This document shows positions 31,471 to 42,015 of a DNA stretch of 64,000 nucleotides, piece after piece. The stretch lies in the NCBI GenBank assembly GCA_006844605.1, contig SPJN01000003.1:120019-184018 (forward strand). Direction: 5' to 3'. Within the stretch, counting starts at the first letter, position 1; the number at the start of each line of letters is the position of its first letter. Source of the stretch: Hyphomicrobiales bacterium. Its GTDB lineage: Bacteria > Pseudomonadota > Alphaproteobacteria > SPJN01. Made by a program: the position numbers and the translations under genes. The notes under the pieces were generated by a model. The model worked only from the letters and a program-made list of their open reading frames with translations. It did not search any database and had not been told where the DNA came from.

Positions 31471-32659
31471 CGCCATCTGACACTTGTGGTCCTGGATGCA
31501 GCACCACCTGATCGCCAGCCTCAAGCCCAGACAGCACTTCTCCAACTTCACGATTCAATTGTCCAATCGACAATTTGGTCAAACGCGCCTTGCCTTTGCG
31601 AACGGCCATAACAGCCCATTCATTGTGGTCTCGAAACAGCGCCCCAAGGGGCACCTGTAGCGCGTCATCACGCTGCCAGATCACGACATTCACCGTCACA
31701 CGAAATCCATGCCCCAGCCGTTCCCACTGCGTAAAATCACCATTGAGGGCGATCACAATATTGACCCGCTGTTCTTCAATCCCCAAAGCCGACACTTTGG
31801 TGACCCCAAACGGCTCGACCCGCGTCACCCGGCCTTCTAAAGAGGCATCGCCGCCCCAGTCAGTAATGATGACCGGCGCGCCTTCTCGTATACGCACAGC
31901 ATCGGCAGACAGAACATCGACAACAATCTCCAGATCACGGGGGTCGCCAAACGCGGCTATTGGTGTTCCGGCGGCCAGCACCGTTTCACTTTCCTGCAGC
32001 ACATGCAGAACGGCACCACTAACGGGGGCCTTGATAGGATAATTCCCCTGCGCCCCACCTTCGCCTTCGGGGCCAATCAAGGCAGCCTTCGCTGTGGCCA
32101 GTTCATAATCGCGCATATCCAAAACAGCCAATGCGGTTCTAAGGGCCGCCCTGCGGGCATCAAGCTCCAACTCAGCCTGATCAAGTGTACGCTGACTGAC
32201 CGTCCCCTTGTGCCGCAATGTTTTAATACGCGCATGGTCGCGCGTGGCGAACTTGACTTCGGCCCTCAAACGCTCCACCTCTTCAGCCGCAGAAGCCTTC
32301 GCCGCGGTTGCGGCCTTCACCTGCGCCTCAGCCTGGGCGCGTGTGCGTTCGTCCAGGATTGTTGGGTCACCCGGCTCCATCACGGCGACGATGGTTTCGC
32401 CCGCGATAACCTGATCGCCCGGCTCAACCTCGACACGCAACAATCGACCAGCCACGGGCGCTGACACCTGATACACATCGCGAATACGGGTTTCCCCTTC
32501 CTCAGCGATTGTCACCGCCATCGGGCCAACAACTGCCGTTGCCATGTCAACCTGAACTGTCTTAGGCCACGCCAAAGCAATCAACACAATCACCACAGCG
32601 GCACCGCCACCCACCCAAAGGCGATGTTGCTTTACCCAGTTCAATAATCCGTCCTGCAT
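31451..32659 (-). CDS. HlyD/efflux periplasmic adaptor subunit
   Basis: N-terminal TM, VSAPVAGRL, coiled coil, KVSALGIEEQRV. Confidence 0.9.
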   Translation of the reverse strand: MQDGLLNWVKQHRLWVGGGAAVVIVLIALAWPKTVQVDMATAVVGPMAVTIAEEGETRIRDVYQVSAPVAGRLLRVEVEPGDQVIAGETIVAVMEPGDPTILDERTRAQAEAQVKAATAAKASAAEEVERLRAEVKFATRDHARIKTLRHKGTVSQRTLDQAELELDARRAALRTALAVLDMRDYELATAKAALIGPEGEGGAQGNYPIKAPVSGAVLHVLQESETVLAAGTPIAAFGDPRDLEIVVDVLSADAVRIREGAPVIITDWGGDASLEGRVTRVEPFGVTKVSALGIEEQRVNIVIALNGDFTQWERLGHGFRVTVNVVIWQRDDALQVPLGALFRDHNEWAVMAVRKGKARLTKLSIGQLNREVGEVLSGLEAGDQVVLHPGPQVSDGVRVGPR

Positions 32660-32674
32660 TCGGTTGCTCCCAAA

Positions 32675-35044
32675 CTATTCTCGTGACTTCAGAACTGCGA
32701 CCAGATCAAGATTGGCCACCCTGCGACCCACCAGCCATGCCGACCCGACGGCGGCAGCACTGACAACCAGCACGGCCAATATGACCGAACTTGTTTGAAA
32801 GACGAATGGCATCCGCATCAGGTCATTCTGCATCGATTGTGACATGCCATAACTGAAATAATATCCCAGCACCGCCCCGGGCAAAAAGGACAGCGCGGTC
32901 AGCATCAACAACTGTCCGATCAGGATGAAGCCAACTTCCCGCACGGTAAAGCCCAACACGCGTAGGCTGGCAAGTTCCCTTGCCTGTTCGCTCAACGCGA
33001 TGCGGGCACTGTTATATACGACCCCGCCTGCAATCAGCATGGCAAACATACTGAACATACCGGCCATAATCAGCATCGACCGGTCCATCATCTCACCAAA
33101 ACTATCAAACGCTGACAGCCGCGTTGCCACTGATTGCACCATCGGCATATCAAGTAGGTCGCGTACAAGTGGCCCCAACTCGTCGGGATCGATCTTCGCC
33201 TCGAACTGTTGCATCCGGCCCATTTCGCCGGTTAACCGCCCGAATGCCTCCATCGACATATAGGCCCCCTGCCCGACATATAGCCGGACAATCGCCGTGA
33301 CAGGCACTTCGCGCGTATAGCGCCGCCCTGTCAGCAACTCTACCGTTATCAGGTCACCGACGCCCACTTGCAAATTTTCAGCAAGGGATTGGGCAAGGAC
33401 AATCCCTGTTTCAGGAAGCGCAACCGGTTCACGATCATCATCCAGAAGTTGAGACAGCAACGTCCCCTGTTCGCGGGCGATGATGCCGCTGCGCTCTTCA
33501 ACAACGCCATTGCGCAGTTTAACAGGGATGGCGTGGCTGCCTTCAACCCGTAACACACCGTCTATACTTTCAAGCCCGTGGATCGCTGAAGCGGGGCGTG
33601 CCTCAACCAATGTGATAGTCAGATCTTGCGTATGGCTGCGATAAAAATAGGTGTCAAGCAATGTCGCCGCAGCGCCTGAGAAGAAATTACCAAGCACAAC
33701 AATTGCGACCGCCAGTGACATGCCAAACACGGTCACAAATGCCCGCATTGGCCGCCGCGTAATATTGCGTAAAATCATACGCGCTGGCTCCCGCCACTTA
33801 CGGGTAAGCCCCATTCGTTCCAAAAAGCTGGGTCTGTAATTTGCCGGGGGCTCCGGTGACATGGCTTCCGCAGGCTGCAAGGCACTGACACGCCGCACCG
33901 TCATAAATGCACCGACGACTGCAGCGGTTGAACTGACAGCAATCGCAAGCAACAAACTTGCTGTATCGTTTTGTTGCAGCATAAATGGGAAGCGAAAAGC
34001 GATTTTATACAATTCCCCCAACAGGCTGGAAAGCGCCGCGCCAAGCCCCGCCCCCAGTACGGCCCCGATAAATGTGATGATCAATGCGAACCCCAGATAA
34101 TGCAGGGCAATTTTATGGTTCTGCTTTCCGAACGCCTTGAACAGACCGATCTGCTCACGCTCAAGCGAAATAAGCCGGCTCATAATTACATTGATCAAAA
34201 AGGCCGCAATCGAAAGAAACAGGATAGGTACAACTGTGACCATTGTACTGAGTTGCTGAATCTCTGAATCAAGCATGGAGTCTGAAGGGTGATCTGTTCT
34301 GTCATAGGCCCCGCCACCCCCATAGGGTGCCAACATCTGGTCAAGCGTCCCAATCAGGCCGTCACTATCGGCACCCTTCTCTACATCAATGATTAGGCTG
34401 TTAAAGGCGCCATCATAATCAAATACCGCATCCAACAAATCGCGGTTTGCCCAAAAAATGCCGAACCCCTTTTCATCGGGAAACACACTGCCTGCAGGCA
34501 TGGCGTAAACCGTATCTGCAGATGACCCGATGCCGACAATCGTCAATGTCATTTTGCGCCCACGCATGGTCGCCGTAACCTTGTCACCCAGATTTAGCCC
34601 AACAGCATTGGCAAAATTATAATGCGCAATAACCTCATGATCAGCGTGCATAAATGGCATGCGCCCCTGATCAAGAACCAATCTGTTAAGCGTGCTGCCC
34701 TGCGCAATATGGGGCGTTAGGGAAATCAATTGCCCCCGCGCCGGCACATCAAGAACCGGCACATCAATCAGGGCGATGCCCACCACCTTATCATCAACGC
34801 GCCGCACGCCCGGCAGCTTTTCAATCTCCCGTCGCACAAAGCGCGGCGCACGATGAACGCTTGCGAAAACATCACCAAACCCGGTTTGGTCATAATAGAC
34901 CTGCCGTGTCGTCTCCAGCGTCTTAATGGTGTTAAGGGCCGCAACCATCAGTGCAATACCCGATGCGATGATCAGCGACACAGCAATTACCGACCCCCGC
35001 AATCGCCACAGGTCACGCAACAGCTTTTTGTTCAGTGCGCTCAT
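32675..35044 (-). CDS. ABC transporter permease with duplicated MacB/FtsX domains
   Basis: KLLRDL, ERE.IG..KA.G, ELASLRVLGF, DLV.VLK.RE. Confidence 0.9.
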   Translation of the reverse strand: MSALNKKLLRDLWRLRGSVIAVSLIIASGIALMVAALNTIKTLETTRQVYYDQTGFGDVFASVHRAPRFVRREIEKLPGVRRVDDKVVGIALIDVPVLDVPARGQLISLTPHIAQGSTLNRLVLDQGRMPFMHADHEVIAHYNFANAVGLNLGDKVTATMRGRKMTLTIVGIGSSADTVYAMPAGSVFPDEKGFGIFWANRDLLDAVFDYDGAFNSLIIDVEKGADSDGLIGTLDQMLAPYGGGGAYDRTDHPSDSMLDSEIQQLSTMVTVVPILFLSIAAFLINVIMSRLISLEREQIGLFKAFGKQNHKIALHYLGFALIITFIGAVLGAGLGAALSSLLGELYKIAFRFPFMLQQNDTASLLLAIAVSSTAAVVGAFMTVRRVSALQPAEAMSPEPPANYRPSFLERMGLTRKWREPARMILRNITRRPMRAFVTVFGMSLAVAIVVLGNFFSGAAATLLDTYFYRSHTQDLTITLVEARPASAIHGLESIDGVLRVEGSHAIPVKLRNGVVEERSGIIAREQGTLLSQLLDDDREPVALPETGIVLAQSLAENLQVGVGDLITVELLTGRRYTREVPVTAIVRLYVGQGAYMSMEAFGRLTGEMGRMQQFEAKIDPDELGPLVRDLLDMPMVQSVATRLSAFDSFGEMMDRSMLIMAGMFSMFAMLIAGGVVYNSARIALSEQARELASLRVLGFTVREVGFILIGQLLMLTALSFLPGAVLGYYFSYGMSQSMQNDLMRMPFVFQTSSVILAVLVVSAAAVGSAWLVGRRVANLDLVAVLKSRE

Positions 35045-35049
35045 GCTGC

Positions 35050-35793
35050 CTACCACTCAAGCTCATCAGGCAGGGTTTTTTCCGTATTGCGTATATCAGA
35101 CACAATCTTGCCGTCAGCCATCCGCAACACGCGATCAGCCATCGCAGCCATGCCGGCATTGTGGGTAATAATAATTGTTGTTGTGCCCAGTGTTTTGTTT
35201 ACGTGATCAAGTGCAATCAGAACTGACTTGCCCGTTGTGCTGTCCAATGCGCCGGTGGGCTCATCCGCGAAAAGCAAACTTGGCCGCTTGGCGATAGCAC
35301 GGGCAACAGCCACACGCTGTTGTTCACCACCGGACATTTCAGCCGGGAAATGGTTCAGCCGTTCAGACAGGCCAACCAAGCCCAACGCTTCGGCCGGGGG
35401 TAAAGGATCATCAGACATTTCGCTAACCAGCCCGACATTTTCCCGCGCAGTAAGACTTGCCACCAAATTATAGAACTGGAAGATAAAGCCAATATAATGA
35501 CGCCGAAAGGCAGTGCGCTCATTCTCGGTGGCTTTCGCAATATCCTTGTCGTGGAACATGACGGAACCATTGGTGGGCGCATCAAGCCCGCCAAGAATGT
35601 TCAACAATGTCGACTTGCCGGATCCTGAAGCCCCCAACAAAACCACAAGGTCCGACGGATAAAGATCAAGGCTGACATCATCAAGGGCAGTAATCATTGC
35701 CTGCCCTTCCCCATAGGTTTTGGAAAGGTGCCTTGCAGACAAGATCGGCGCGTGATCCTGTGCGGTTTGTGATGCGATAGTGGTGTCGCTCAT
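35050..35793 (-). CDS. ABC transporter ATP-binding protein (LolD/MacB type)
   Basis: [29 protein letters not shown]. Confidence 0.95.
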   Translation of the reverse strand: MSDTTIASQTAQDHAPILSARHLSKTYGEGQAMITALDDVSLDLYPSDLVVLLGASGSGKSTLLNILGGLDAPTNGSVMFHDKDIAKATENERTAFRRHYIGFIFQFYNLVASLTARENVGLVSEMSDDPLPPAEALGLVGLSERLNHFPAEMSGGEQQRVAVARAIAKRPSLLFADEPTGALDSTTGKSVLIALDHVNKTLGTTTIIITHNAGMAAMADRVLRMADGKIVSDIRNTEKTLPDELEW

Positions 35794-35865
35794 ACACTCA
35801 TTGTGGGCGCACCCAGACGGGAATAGCAAGACTTATATCGATGGATCGGGCCCGGCAAAGGCCGC

Positions 35866-37902
35866 CTATTCCCGGTTCTGATAATATTGCTGCAAGATAA
35901 AGAACGCCTTCTTTTTCTGCCCGGTTTCAGACACCAACCCCTTGCGATTATAATAGTCCTGAATAGAGTTCAGGGGCCGCATATAGGATCGGAAGTCGCG
36001 CAACACCCATGGCGATATCCCGGCCAGCTGGTCACTGCGTTCCAGCATCTGCAGCTGCATGTCATAAACCTTGGCCTGATAGTCTTCTGACCAAATCGGC
36101 GCTGTGGGATCGGTGTAACCGGCCTTTGCCCCTGCGCCAAATTCAGAAATGATCAGTGGCTTATCAAACTTGGTGCCAATCACGACCTCATCCATCATAT
36201 CAAATATGATACGGCGGGCATCAGCCTCTGGCAGGGGGACGATCAACGGAATAAACGCAGCATAGTACCAGCCAAAATATTCATTGATGGCCACGACATC
36301 CACAAATTCGCCCAACGGGTCTTCCGACCGCATATCAGGTGCCGCAGCCGGCCCCACATTGCCCAACCACGCGGCGGCGCGGGCAATCGCACTTGGGAAA
36401 AAGCCAATTTCATCTGCCAATGCCTGCTTTGTTTTATCACTGACCTGTGGGTCGTTCAAGGCGCGCGACACAACAGCATAGCCAATCGCCTCCAACTCCT
36501 TTCGGCCCGTCAACAATGCCGCTGAAACCAATCTTGTATTGTCCAGCCGCCGCACCTCATCCGCCAATGCTTCCAAAAACGCAAGACGCTCGTCTGATTC
36601 CGGTGTTTCGTTGGCGATCGACCAAATCACCACGCTGGCCCGGTTGGCATCACGGCGGATCATTTCCCCGATCATCGTTTTGGCCTTTGCCAGAACCGCT
36701 TCATCTTCAAAAGCGATTTGCCAGTAAACCGGCACTTCTGACCAGATCAGCAAGCCAAGTTCATCGGCAAGGCGCGTTGTCGCCGCATCATGCGGGTAAT
36801 GGGCCAACCGAATAAAATTCGCCCCCAACTCCTTGGCAAGCATCAACATCGCCTTTGCGTCAGCGGGGCCATGGCTGCGTCCTTCATGAAGAATCGATTC
36901 TTCATGCATCGCAACACCCTTCAAAAAGATCGGTTCCCCATTCAGCAATATGTCTGTGCCTCGCGTTTCCACGGTGCGGAAGCCAACCCTGTCTGACACT
37001 TCATCATCACCCAAGGTGACAATCACGTCATATAGTTGTGGGTTTTGTGGCGACCACAATGTTGCATCGCTTAAATCAAGCTGTAGATAAAGCGCACCGG
37101 AACTGTCTGTTTGCACTTGCCGTTGAATGTTCAATGCGGGAATGGCAACCGTGATGTCTGTTCGTGAAGTCACGCCCGTCACATCAATTTTGATCACGCC
37201 CTGCTTTGTTTGATGGTCCTTCAACGAAACTGTGAAGTCTTCAATATGGGCGGCTGGCACGCTGACCAGCGACACTGATCGTGTTATGCCGCCAAAGTGC
37301 AGCCAATCTGCCCAGCGTGTCGGAATGGTGTGGGTGCCATGAAGATTATCAACCTTCACAACCAGACTATGATCACCGGGAGCCGACAGCGCGTCTGTTA
37401 CGTCAAAGGCAAAGGGGGTGAAGCCGCCCTCATGCGCGCCCACAAACGCGCCATCAATCCAAACCTTGGCCCGGTAATTGACGGCGCCGAAATGCAGGAA
37501 TTTGCGCCCGTCGCCCGTACCATCGCCCATACCATCGCCCGTACCGGCACTTGTAATCATGCGGTGATACCAAACCGTGCGGTCGTAAAAGAAAAGTTCA
37601 GCCTTTTGGCTGTTCCAATCCCCCGGCACGGTCAGGGTTTGGCTATTGTCGAATGAAAATTCCACCAAGTTTTGCGGCCCGCGAGGCGGGTTCAAGAAAT
37701 AGCCACGTTCGGGAATATCGCCACCAAACGGGCTGGAATCACCCAACCCTAAAGGGTCAACAATGATTTGCCATTCACCATCCAGCGACACGCGCTGACG
37801 TTGCTCCACCAAGTTTGGCGCGGCCATTGCCGTACCGACAATTGAAAGCATTAGCGTCGCGCCCATCAGCGCTACAACACGTTGTAAAAGCTTCTTGATC
37901 AT
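35866..37902 (-). CDS. glycoside hydrolase family 2, beta-glucuronidase-like, exported
   Basis: HEGGFTPF, RLAHYPH, WSIANE (acid/base), ISEFG (nucleophile), NRKG motif, signal peptide. Confidence 0.88.
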   Translation of the reverse strand: MIKKLLQRVVALMGATLMLSIVGTAMAAPNLVEQRQRVSLDGEWQIIVDPLGLGDSSPFGGDIPERGYFLNPPRGPQNLVEFSFDNSQTLTVPGDWNSQKAELFFYDRTVWYHRMITSAGTGDGMGDGTGDGRKFLHFGAVNYRAKVWIDGAFVGAHEGGFTPFAFDVTDALSAPGDHSLVVKVDNLHGTHTIPTRWADWLHFGGITRSVSLVSVPAAHIEDFTVSLKDHQTKQGVIKIDVTGVTSRTDITVAIPALNIQRQVQTDSSGALYLQLDLSDATLWSPQNPQLYDVIVTLGDDEVSDRVGFRTVETRGTDILLNGEPIFLKGVAMHEESILHEGRSHGPADAKAMLMLAKELGANFIRLAHYPHDAATTRLADELGLLIWSEVPVYWQIAFEDEAVLAKAKTMIGEMIRRDANRASVVIWSIANETPESDERLAFLEALADEVRRLDNTRLVSAALLTGRKELEAIGYAVVSRALNDPQVSDKTKQALADEIGFFPSAIARAAAWLGNVGPAAAPDMRSEDPLGEFVDVVAINEYFGWYYAAFIPLIVPLPEADARRIIFDMMDEVVIGTKFDKPLIISEFGAGAKAGYTDPTAPIWSEDYQAKVYDMQLQMLERSDQLAGISPWVLRDFRSYMRPLNSIQDYYNRKGLVSETGQKKKAFFILQQYYQNRE
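37511..37546. repeat. 3 x 12-bp in-frame tandem repeat
   Basis: TCGCCCGTACCA/TCGCCCATACCA/TCGCCCGTACCG, encoding GTGD-GMGD-GTGD. Confidence 0.85.
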
Positions 37903-38000
37903 CAGTGAAAAGTCCCCATCAACCAATTTCACACACAATGAAAAGACGCACAGGTTCCGTCAAGGAAATTGCGGTTTTGCTGCGAATTTTGGGGAAAGAG

Positions 38001-38076
38001 TGGTGCCCGGGGGCGGGATCGAACCACCGACACTACGATTTTCAGTCGTATGCTCTACCAACTGAGCTACCCGGGC
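38001..38076 (-). tRNA. tRNA-Phe (GAA)
   Basis: GCCCGGGTAGCTCAGTTGGTAGAGC...CTGAAAA...GGTTCGATCC...CACCA cloverleaf. Confidence 0.97.
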
Positions 38077-38186
38077 ACTCTCAACCCTCATCAACGACTG
38101 AATCAGCCGCCGCGAGTGGCGTGGCGCATCTTGTAGACCATGCGCCTATCAGGAACAAGCAAAAATCAGGCTCACATTTGGTCGCA

Positions 38187-38738
38187 CTAAAGATGTCGCT
38201 GATTTGCCTGTGCGGACTGCCATGCCAAACACGATAATCGCAAAAATACGTGAGGGAACCCGGCATAAACGCCCTGATGGCTATAGGTGAAGCCATTCTT
38301 CTCCATCACCCGGCGGGAGGCGACATTGGTCACAAGGGTAAAGCTCAACACTTCATCAACACGAAGGGTCTCAAACGCCTGCTTGATCAACAACCCGGCA
38401 ACCGCACTGCCATGCCCCTGCCCCCAAAATTCGGGCATATAGGCATAGCCAAGCTCTATCGCTGATTCGCCATCAATCATCTTGTGACGCAAAAAGGCAC
38501 GCCCCGCGAAATGCGTGGGGTCAAGCTTGCTGAAAAACACATACTCACCAAAGCCATGTGCCATCCAATGGCCGACGGCACTGTTCAGGCGTTGCTTGAT
38601 TGTGGCTTCGTCCGCGATTCCCCCCAATGTCTTTGTGACATCAGGGTCGGTTTGCAGCCGGATATAGTGTGGCAGGTCTTCTACTCTTACCGGGCGACCG
38701 ATCAGATGCCCCGTTTCAATTTCGGCGGGGACAAGCAC
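38187..38738 (-). CDS. GNAT N-acetyltransferase (RimJ/RimL type)
   Basis: ELGY...WGQGHG, N.ASRRVMEKNGF. Confidence 0.9.
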   Translation of the reverse strand: MLVPAEIETGHLIGRPVRVEDLPHYIRLQTDPDVTKTLGGIADEATIKQRLNSAVGHWMAHGFGEYVFFSKLDPTHFAGRAFLRHKMIDGESAIELGYAYMPEFWGQGHGSAVAGLLIKQAFETLRVDEVLSFTLVTNVASRRVMEKNGFTYSHQGVYAGFPHVFLRLSCLAWQSAQANQRHL

Positions 38739-38741
38739 GCC

Positions 38742-38933
38742 CTAGCCTTCATCATCGCGCATATCCCGTGCGGCACGGGCAGAATCCAGATCAATCACAT
38801 CTGGATTAACAGGTTCCCCTGCAACGCGATACTTATCGCCTAGCCAGTTGCCTAAATCCAAATCCGCGCAGCGACGCGAACAGAACGGCTTAAACGCCTT
38901 ATCAGTCGGTTTTTGACATAAGGGACAGGCCAT
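38742..38933 (-). CDS. yacG: DNA gyrase inhibitor YacG
   Basis: CPLC...PFCSRRCADLDLGNW. Confidence 0.93.
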   Translation of the reverse strand: MACPLCQKPTDKAFKPFCSRRCADLDLGNWLGDKYRVAGEPVNPDVIDLDSARAARDMRDDEG

Positions 38934-40489
38934 TATTGCGGTGACACCACAAAATAGTCACGCCCGTGACGGGTTTCGGGACGCAGAATAAGCGAGCTGC
39001 CGATGCGGCCCCGAATATCCCCCATGATGGTGCCGTTGCGGGCCTCCAGCCATGAAATCACATCAGGGTGGGCCTGAAGCACCAAAGGTTTGCCGGGCAT
39101 TGCACGGGCTTCGGATTCTGCACGGCGGATGGCGTCATTGGCAATCGTTGACACGGTTCTGATGCGGCCATGCCCGTGGCAGGGCCGGCAAGGCTCTGTC
39201 ATCAACCGGGCCAATGGTTCGCGCACACGCTTGCGCGTCATCTCTACCAGACCGAATTCTGACATGCCTGAAATTTGAGTTGGGGCGCGGCTACGCTCCG
39301 CCCCTTTTTCCAACGCCTCTATCACGCTGGCAATGTTTGCGGGATCGTCCATGTGAATGAAATCAATAACGATCAACCCACCAATGCCGCGCAGCCGGAC
39401 CTGACGCATAATCTCGCGCGCCGCATCCACGTTTGTGCGCACGGATGTTTCCTCCAGGCCCGCCCCACCGACATAGGAGCCTGAATTGACATCAACCGCC
39501 GTCAATGCCTCTGTCGTTTCGACCGTGATCCAGCCGCCATGTGGCAGGGCCACACGCTCCGACAGGGCGGTTTCGATTTCATACTCGATGTCATAAAGCT
39601 CAAAAATCGGGAAATCGCTTTTGTGCATCAAAATGCGATCATGGGCCTCGGGCATATGCACTTTCGCATAACGGCGGGCTTCATTGAACGCTTCAAAATC
39701 GTCAACCAATACGCGGCTGGTTTCTTCATCCACATGGTCACGCAGGGTTTGTGCCACCGGGTCAAGATCAAGGAACAAGGCGCTTGGCACTTTCGCCGAT
39801 TGCAATTTGACCTGAATTTCGCGCCATGCATCACGCAGGTAGCGCGCGTCTTCATAAATTTCTTCAGCCGATGCTGACAGCGCGGCGGTACGCACGATGT
39901 AACCGCCACCGCGCCCATCAACACCAAATCCATTGGCATTCTTTGGCGCGGTCTTGTCTGTGTGGTTGTCACCAGATTCATAATCGGCATTGATCATGTC
40001 TTCGAGCATATTGGTCAAACGCTCGCGATCTTCTTCCTTATCAATGCGGCGTGACAGGGCGACACCGGACTGATTGGGCACATGCACCAGCATACGGCCT
40101 GGAATGGTGACATTGGCTGATAGGCGCGCACCCTTGTCCCCGATGGGGTCTTTAACGGCCTGCACCAGAATGATCTCACCCTCATGCACGCAGCGCGCAA
40201 TGGGGGGCAGGCCATCTTCGTCATAGCCGGCAAGTTCGGCCAGGCACTGCGCCTCACGCGCACCAAGGAACCCGGCCCGCTCCAAACCAATCTCGACAAA
40301 GGCTGCCTGCATCCCGGGCAACACACGTTGCACACGCCCCAGATAAATATTGCCAATGACGGAATGGCCAGCGCGGCCTGCACTGTCCTCGTCCTTCCGC
40401 TCAAGAATTAAATCCTGCAAGCGGGCATCTTCGATCAGGGCAACACGGGTTTCCCCCGCCCCTACATTAATCAGGACTTCTTTTTGCAT
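38933..40489 (-). CDS. rng: ribonuclease G (Rne/Rng family)
   Basis: GNIYLGRV.RVLPGMQAAFV S1 domain, TEALTAVDVNSG, GGLIVIDFI, CRPC.G.G. Confidence 0.9.
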   Translation of the reverse strand: MQKEVLINVGAGETRVALIEDARLQDLILERKDEDSAGRAGHSVIGNIYLGRVQRVLPGMQAAFVEIGLERAGFLGAREAQCLAELAGYDEDGLPPIARCVHEGEIILVQAVKDPIGDKGARLSANVTIPGRMLVHVPNQSGVALSRRIDKEEDRERLTNMLEDMINADYESGDNHTDKTAPKNANGFGVDGRGGGYIVRTAALSASAEEIYEDARYLRDAWREIQVKLQSAKVPSALFLDLDPVAQTLRDHVDEETSRVLVDDFEAFNEARRYAKVHMPEAHDRILMHKSDFPIFELYDIEYEIETALSERVALPHGGWITVETTEALTAVDVNSGSYVGGAGLEETSVRTNVDAAREIMRQVRLRGIGGLIVIDFIHMDDPANIASVIEALEKGAERSRAPTQISGMSEFGLVEMTRKRVREPLARLMTEPCRPCHGHGRIRTVSTIANDAIRRAESEARAMPGKPLVLQAHPDVISWLEARNGTIMGDIRGRIGSSLILRPETRHGRDYFVVSPQ

Positions 40490-40562
40490 GAGCCAGTCTA
40501 AGGTTCGTTATGATTCTGAATAGTAACATTGGACACTATTGGGCCTTAACCCATACCCAACG

Positions 40563-41147
40563 TCAAGGGAGGATATAGCCATTTCCGCGCAAAAGCGCGG
40601 CAGTCTCGTATAATGGTAGACCGACTACATTTGTGTAGCTGCCTTGAATATCAATGACGAAGCCGCCGGCCCGCCCTTGAATTGCATACCCGCCGGCAAG
40701 GCCCTGCCACTCACCACTGGCAAGATAGGCTGCCTTTTCCTCGGCACTGATCCGCTTCATACGCACCCGTGTTTCGATGGTGCGTGTACGGCACGTGCCG
40801 TCAGGACAGATCAACGAAATTGCGGAATAAACCCGATGCCGCCGCCCCGACAACAAAGTCAGAAAACGGCCCGCCTCTTCTTCGGTGGCAGGCTTGCCCA
40901 AATTGCGGCGACCGACACAAACCGTTGTGTCAGCCCCCAAAACAAAACTGTCAGGATACTGGGCTGCAACATGTGCAGCTTTCGCTGCTGCAAGGCGCGC
41001 GACCAGATTACGGGGCTGCTCACCGGCAAGCGGGGCTTCATCAATATCAGCAGGAACAATCGCCTGCGGCGCAATACCGATCTGGGCAAGAAGATCGCGC
41101 CGCCGCGGGCTGGCGCTGGCCAGTATCAGCGGGGCATTGTCAGGCAC
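40563..41147 (-). CDS. maf: Maf family nucleotide pyrophosphatase
   Basis: LILASASPRR, GADT, AGGYAIQG, GSYTNVVGLP. Confidence 0.95.
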   Translation of the reverse strand: MPDNAPLILASASPRRRDLLAQIGIAPQAIVPADIDEAPLAGEQPRNLVARLAAAKAAHVAAQYPDSFVLGADTTVCVGRRNLGKPATEEEAGRFLTLLSGRRHRVYSAISLICPDGTCRTRTIETRVRMKRISAEEKAAYLASGEWQGLAGGYAIQGRAGGFVIDIQGSYTNVVGLPLYETAALLRGNGYILP

Positions 41148-41157
41148 GCAGAGAGAC

Positions 41158-41376
41158 CTATTTATAACGGTAGGTGATGCGACCTTTGGTCAGGTCATAG
41201 GGTGTCATTTCTACCAACACCTTGTCACCGGCCAGAACACGAATGCGGTTTTTGCGCATTTTGCCTGCCGTGTGACACAGCACTTCATGTTCATTTTCAA
41301 GCTTCACGCGGAAAGTTGCGTTCGGCAATACTTCGGAGACTACGCCACCGATTTCTAGCAGTTCTTCTTTGGCCAT
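41158..41376 (-). CDS. infA: translation initiation factor IF-1
   Basis: MAKEE...[11 protein letters not shown]...GKMRKNRIR...PYDLTKGRI. Confidence 0.98.
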   Translation of the reverse strand: MAKEELLEIGGVVSEVLPNATFRVKLENEHEVLCHTAGKMRKNRIRVLAGDKVLVEMTPYDLTKGRITYRYK

Positions 41377-41496
41377 ATAACCGTGTCCAAATCCTGTTCA
41401 ATCGGGCCAAACAGTTCGACCCTGCAAATTGGTGCGGAATGTGGCCAAAAACCCGGGGAAAATCAAGCCTTTCGGCATCGTCTTTACGTCGCGGGC

Positions 41497-42012
41497 CTAT
41501 TCAGCGCCCAACCGTTCCTTGATCCGTGCCTCCAGCGCGTCACGCAGCGCGCGAAAAATGTCCAGCTTTTGGGCCCTACTGCCCCCTTCAAGGGCCGCTG
41601 TAGGGTCAATCGTGGGCCAATATTCAACGTCACAGGCCATTGTGTCCGTCAAAGCCACTGCATGATGCTGCGCATGGGGTGACAAGGTGACGATCAGGTC
41701 AAAGCTGGTATCTTCAAGGTCTTCAAAGGTTTTGGGGTAATGCGCCCCCATATCGATCCCCCGCTCCTTCATCACTTCGACAATGAACGGGTTGATGGGT
41801 TCAGCCTTTACCCCCACCGAATCAACATAAATCCGCCCCCCGGTCACATCCCTGGCAAGGGCGGCAGCCATTGGGCTACGGATAGAATTGAACGTACAGG
41901 CAAACAAAACAGCGTCAGGATTACGAACCGGCTCTACCGCACCGGGCAAAACCTGTTTGTGCGCCTTACCCAAAACCGGTGGGGCAAACCCCATGCGAGA
42001 GCGCCCGGTCAC
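41497..42012 (-). CDS. low molecular weight phosphatase/ArsC family protein
   Basis: P-loop CTFNSIRS, DP motif; conserved position between UPF0262 and infA. Confidence 0.85.
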   Translation of the reverse strand: MTGRSRMGFAPPVLGKAHKQVLPGAVEPVRNPDAVLFACTFNSIRSPMAAALARDVTGGRIYVDSVGVKAEPINPFIVEVMKERGIDMGAHYPKTFEDLEDTSFDLIVTLSPHAQHHAVALTDTMACDVEYWPTIDPTAALEGGSRAQKLDIFRALRDALEARIKERLGAE

Positions 42013-42015
42013 AGT

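Noticed and set aside
31451-35793. ABC/HlyD trio as a type I secretion system for the RTX-like protein
   Set aside because: The permease is MacB/FtsX-type rather than HlyB, and the passenger has its own signal peptide and barrel
26681-38076. Genomic island integrated at tRNA-Phe
   Set aside because: No integrase and no duplicated tRNA 3' end found by eye
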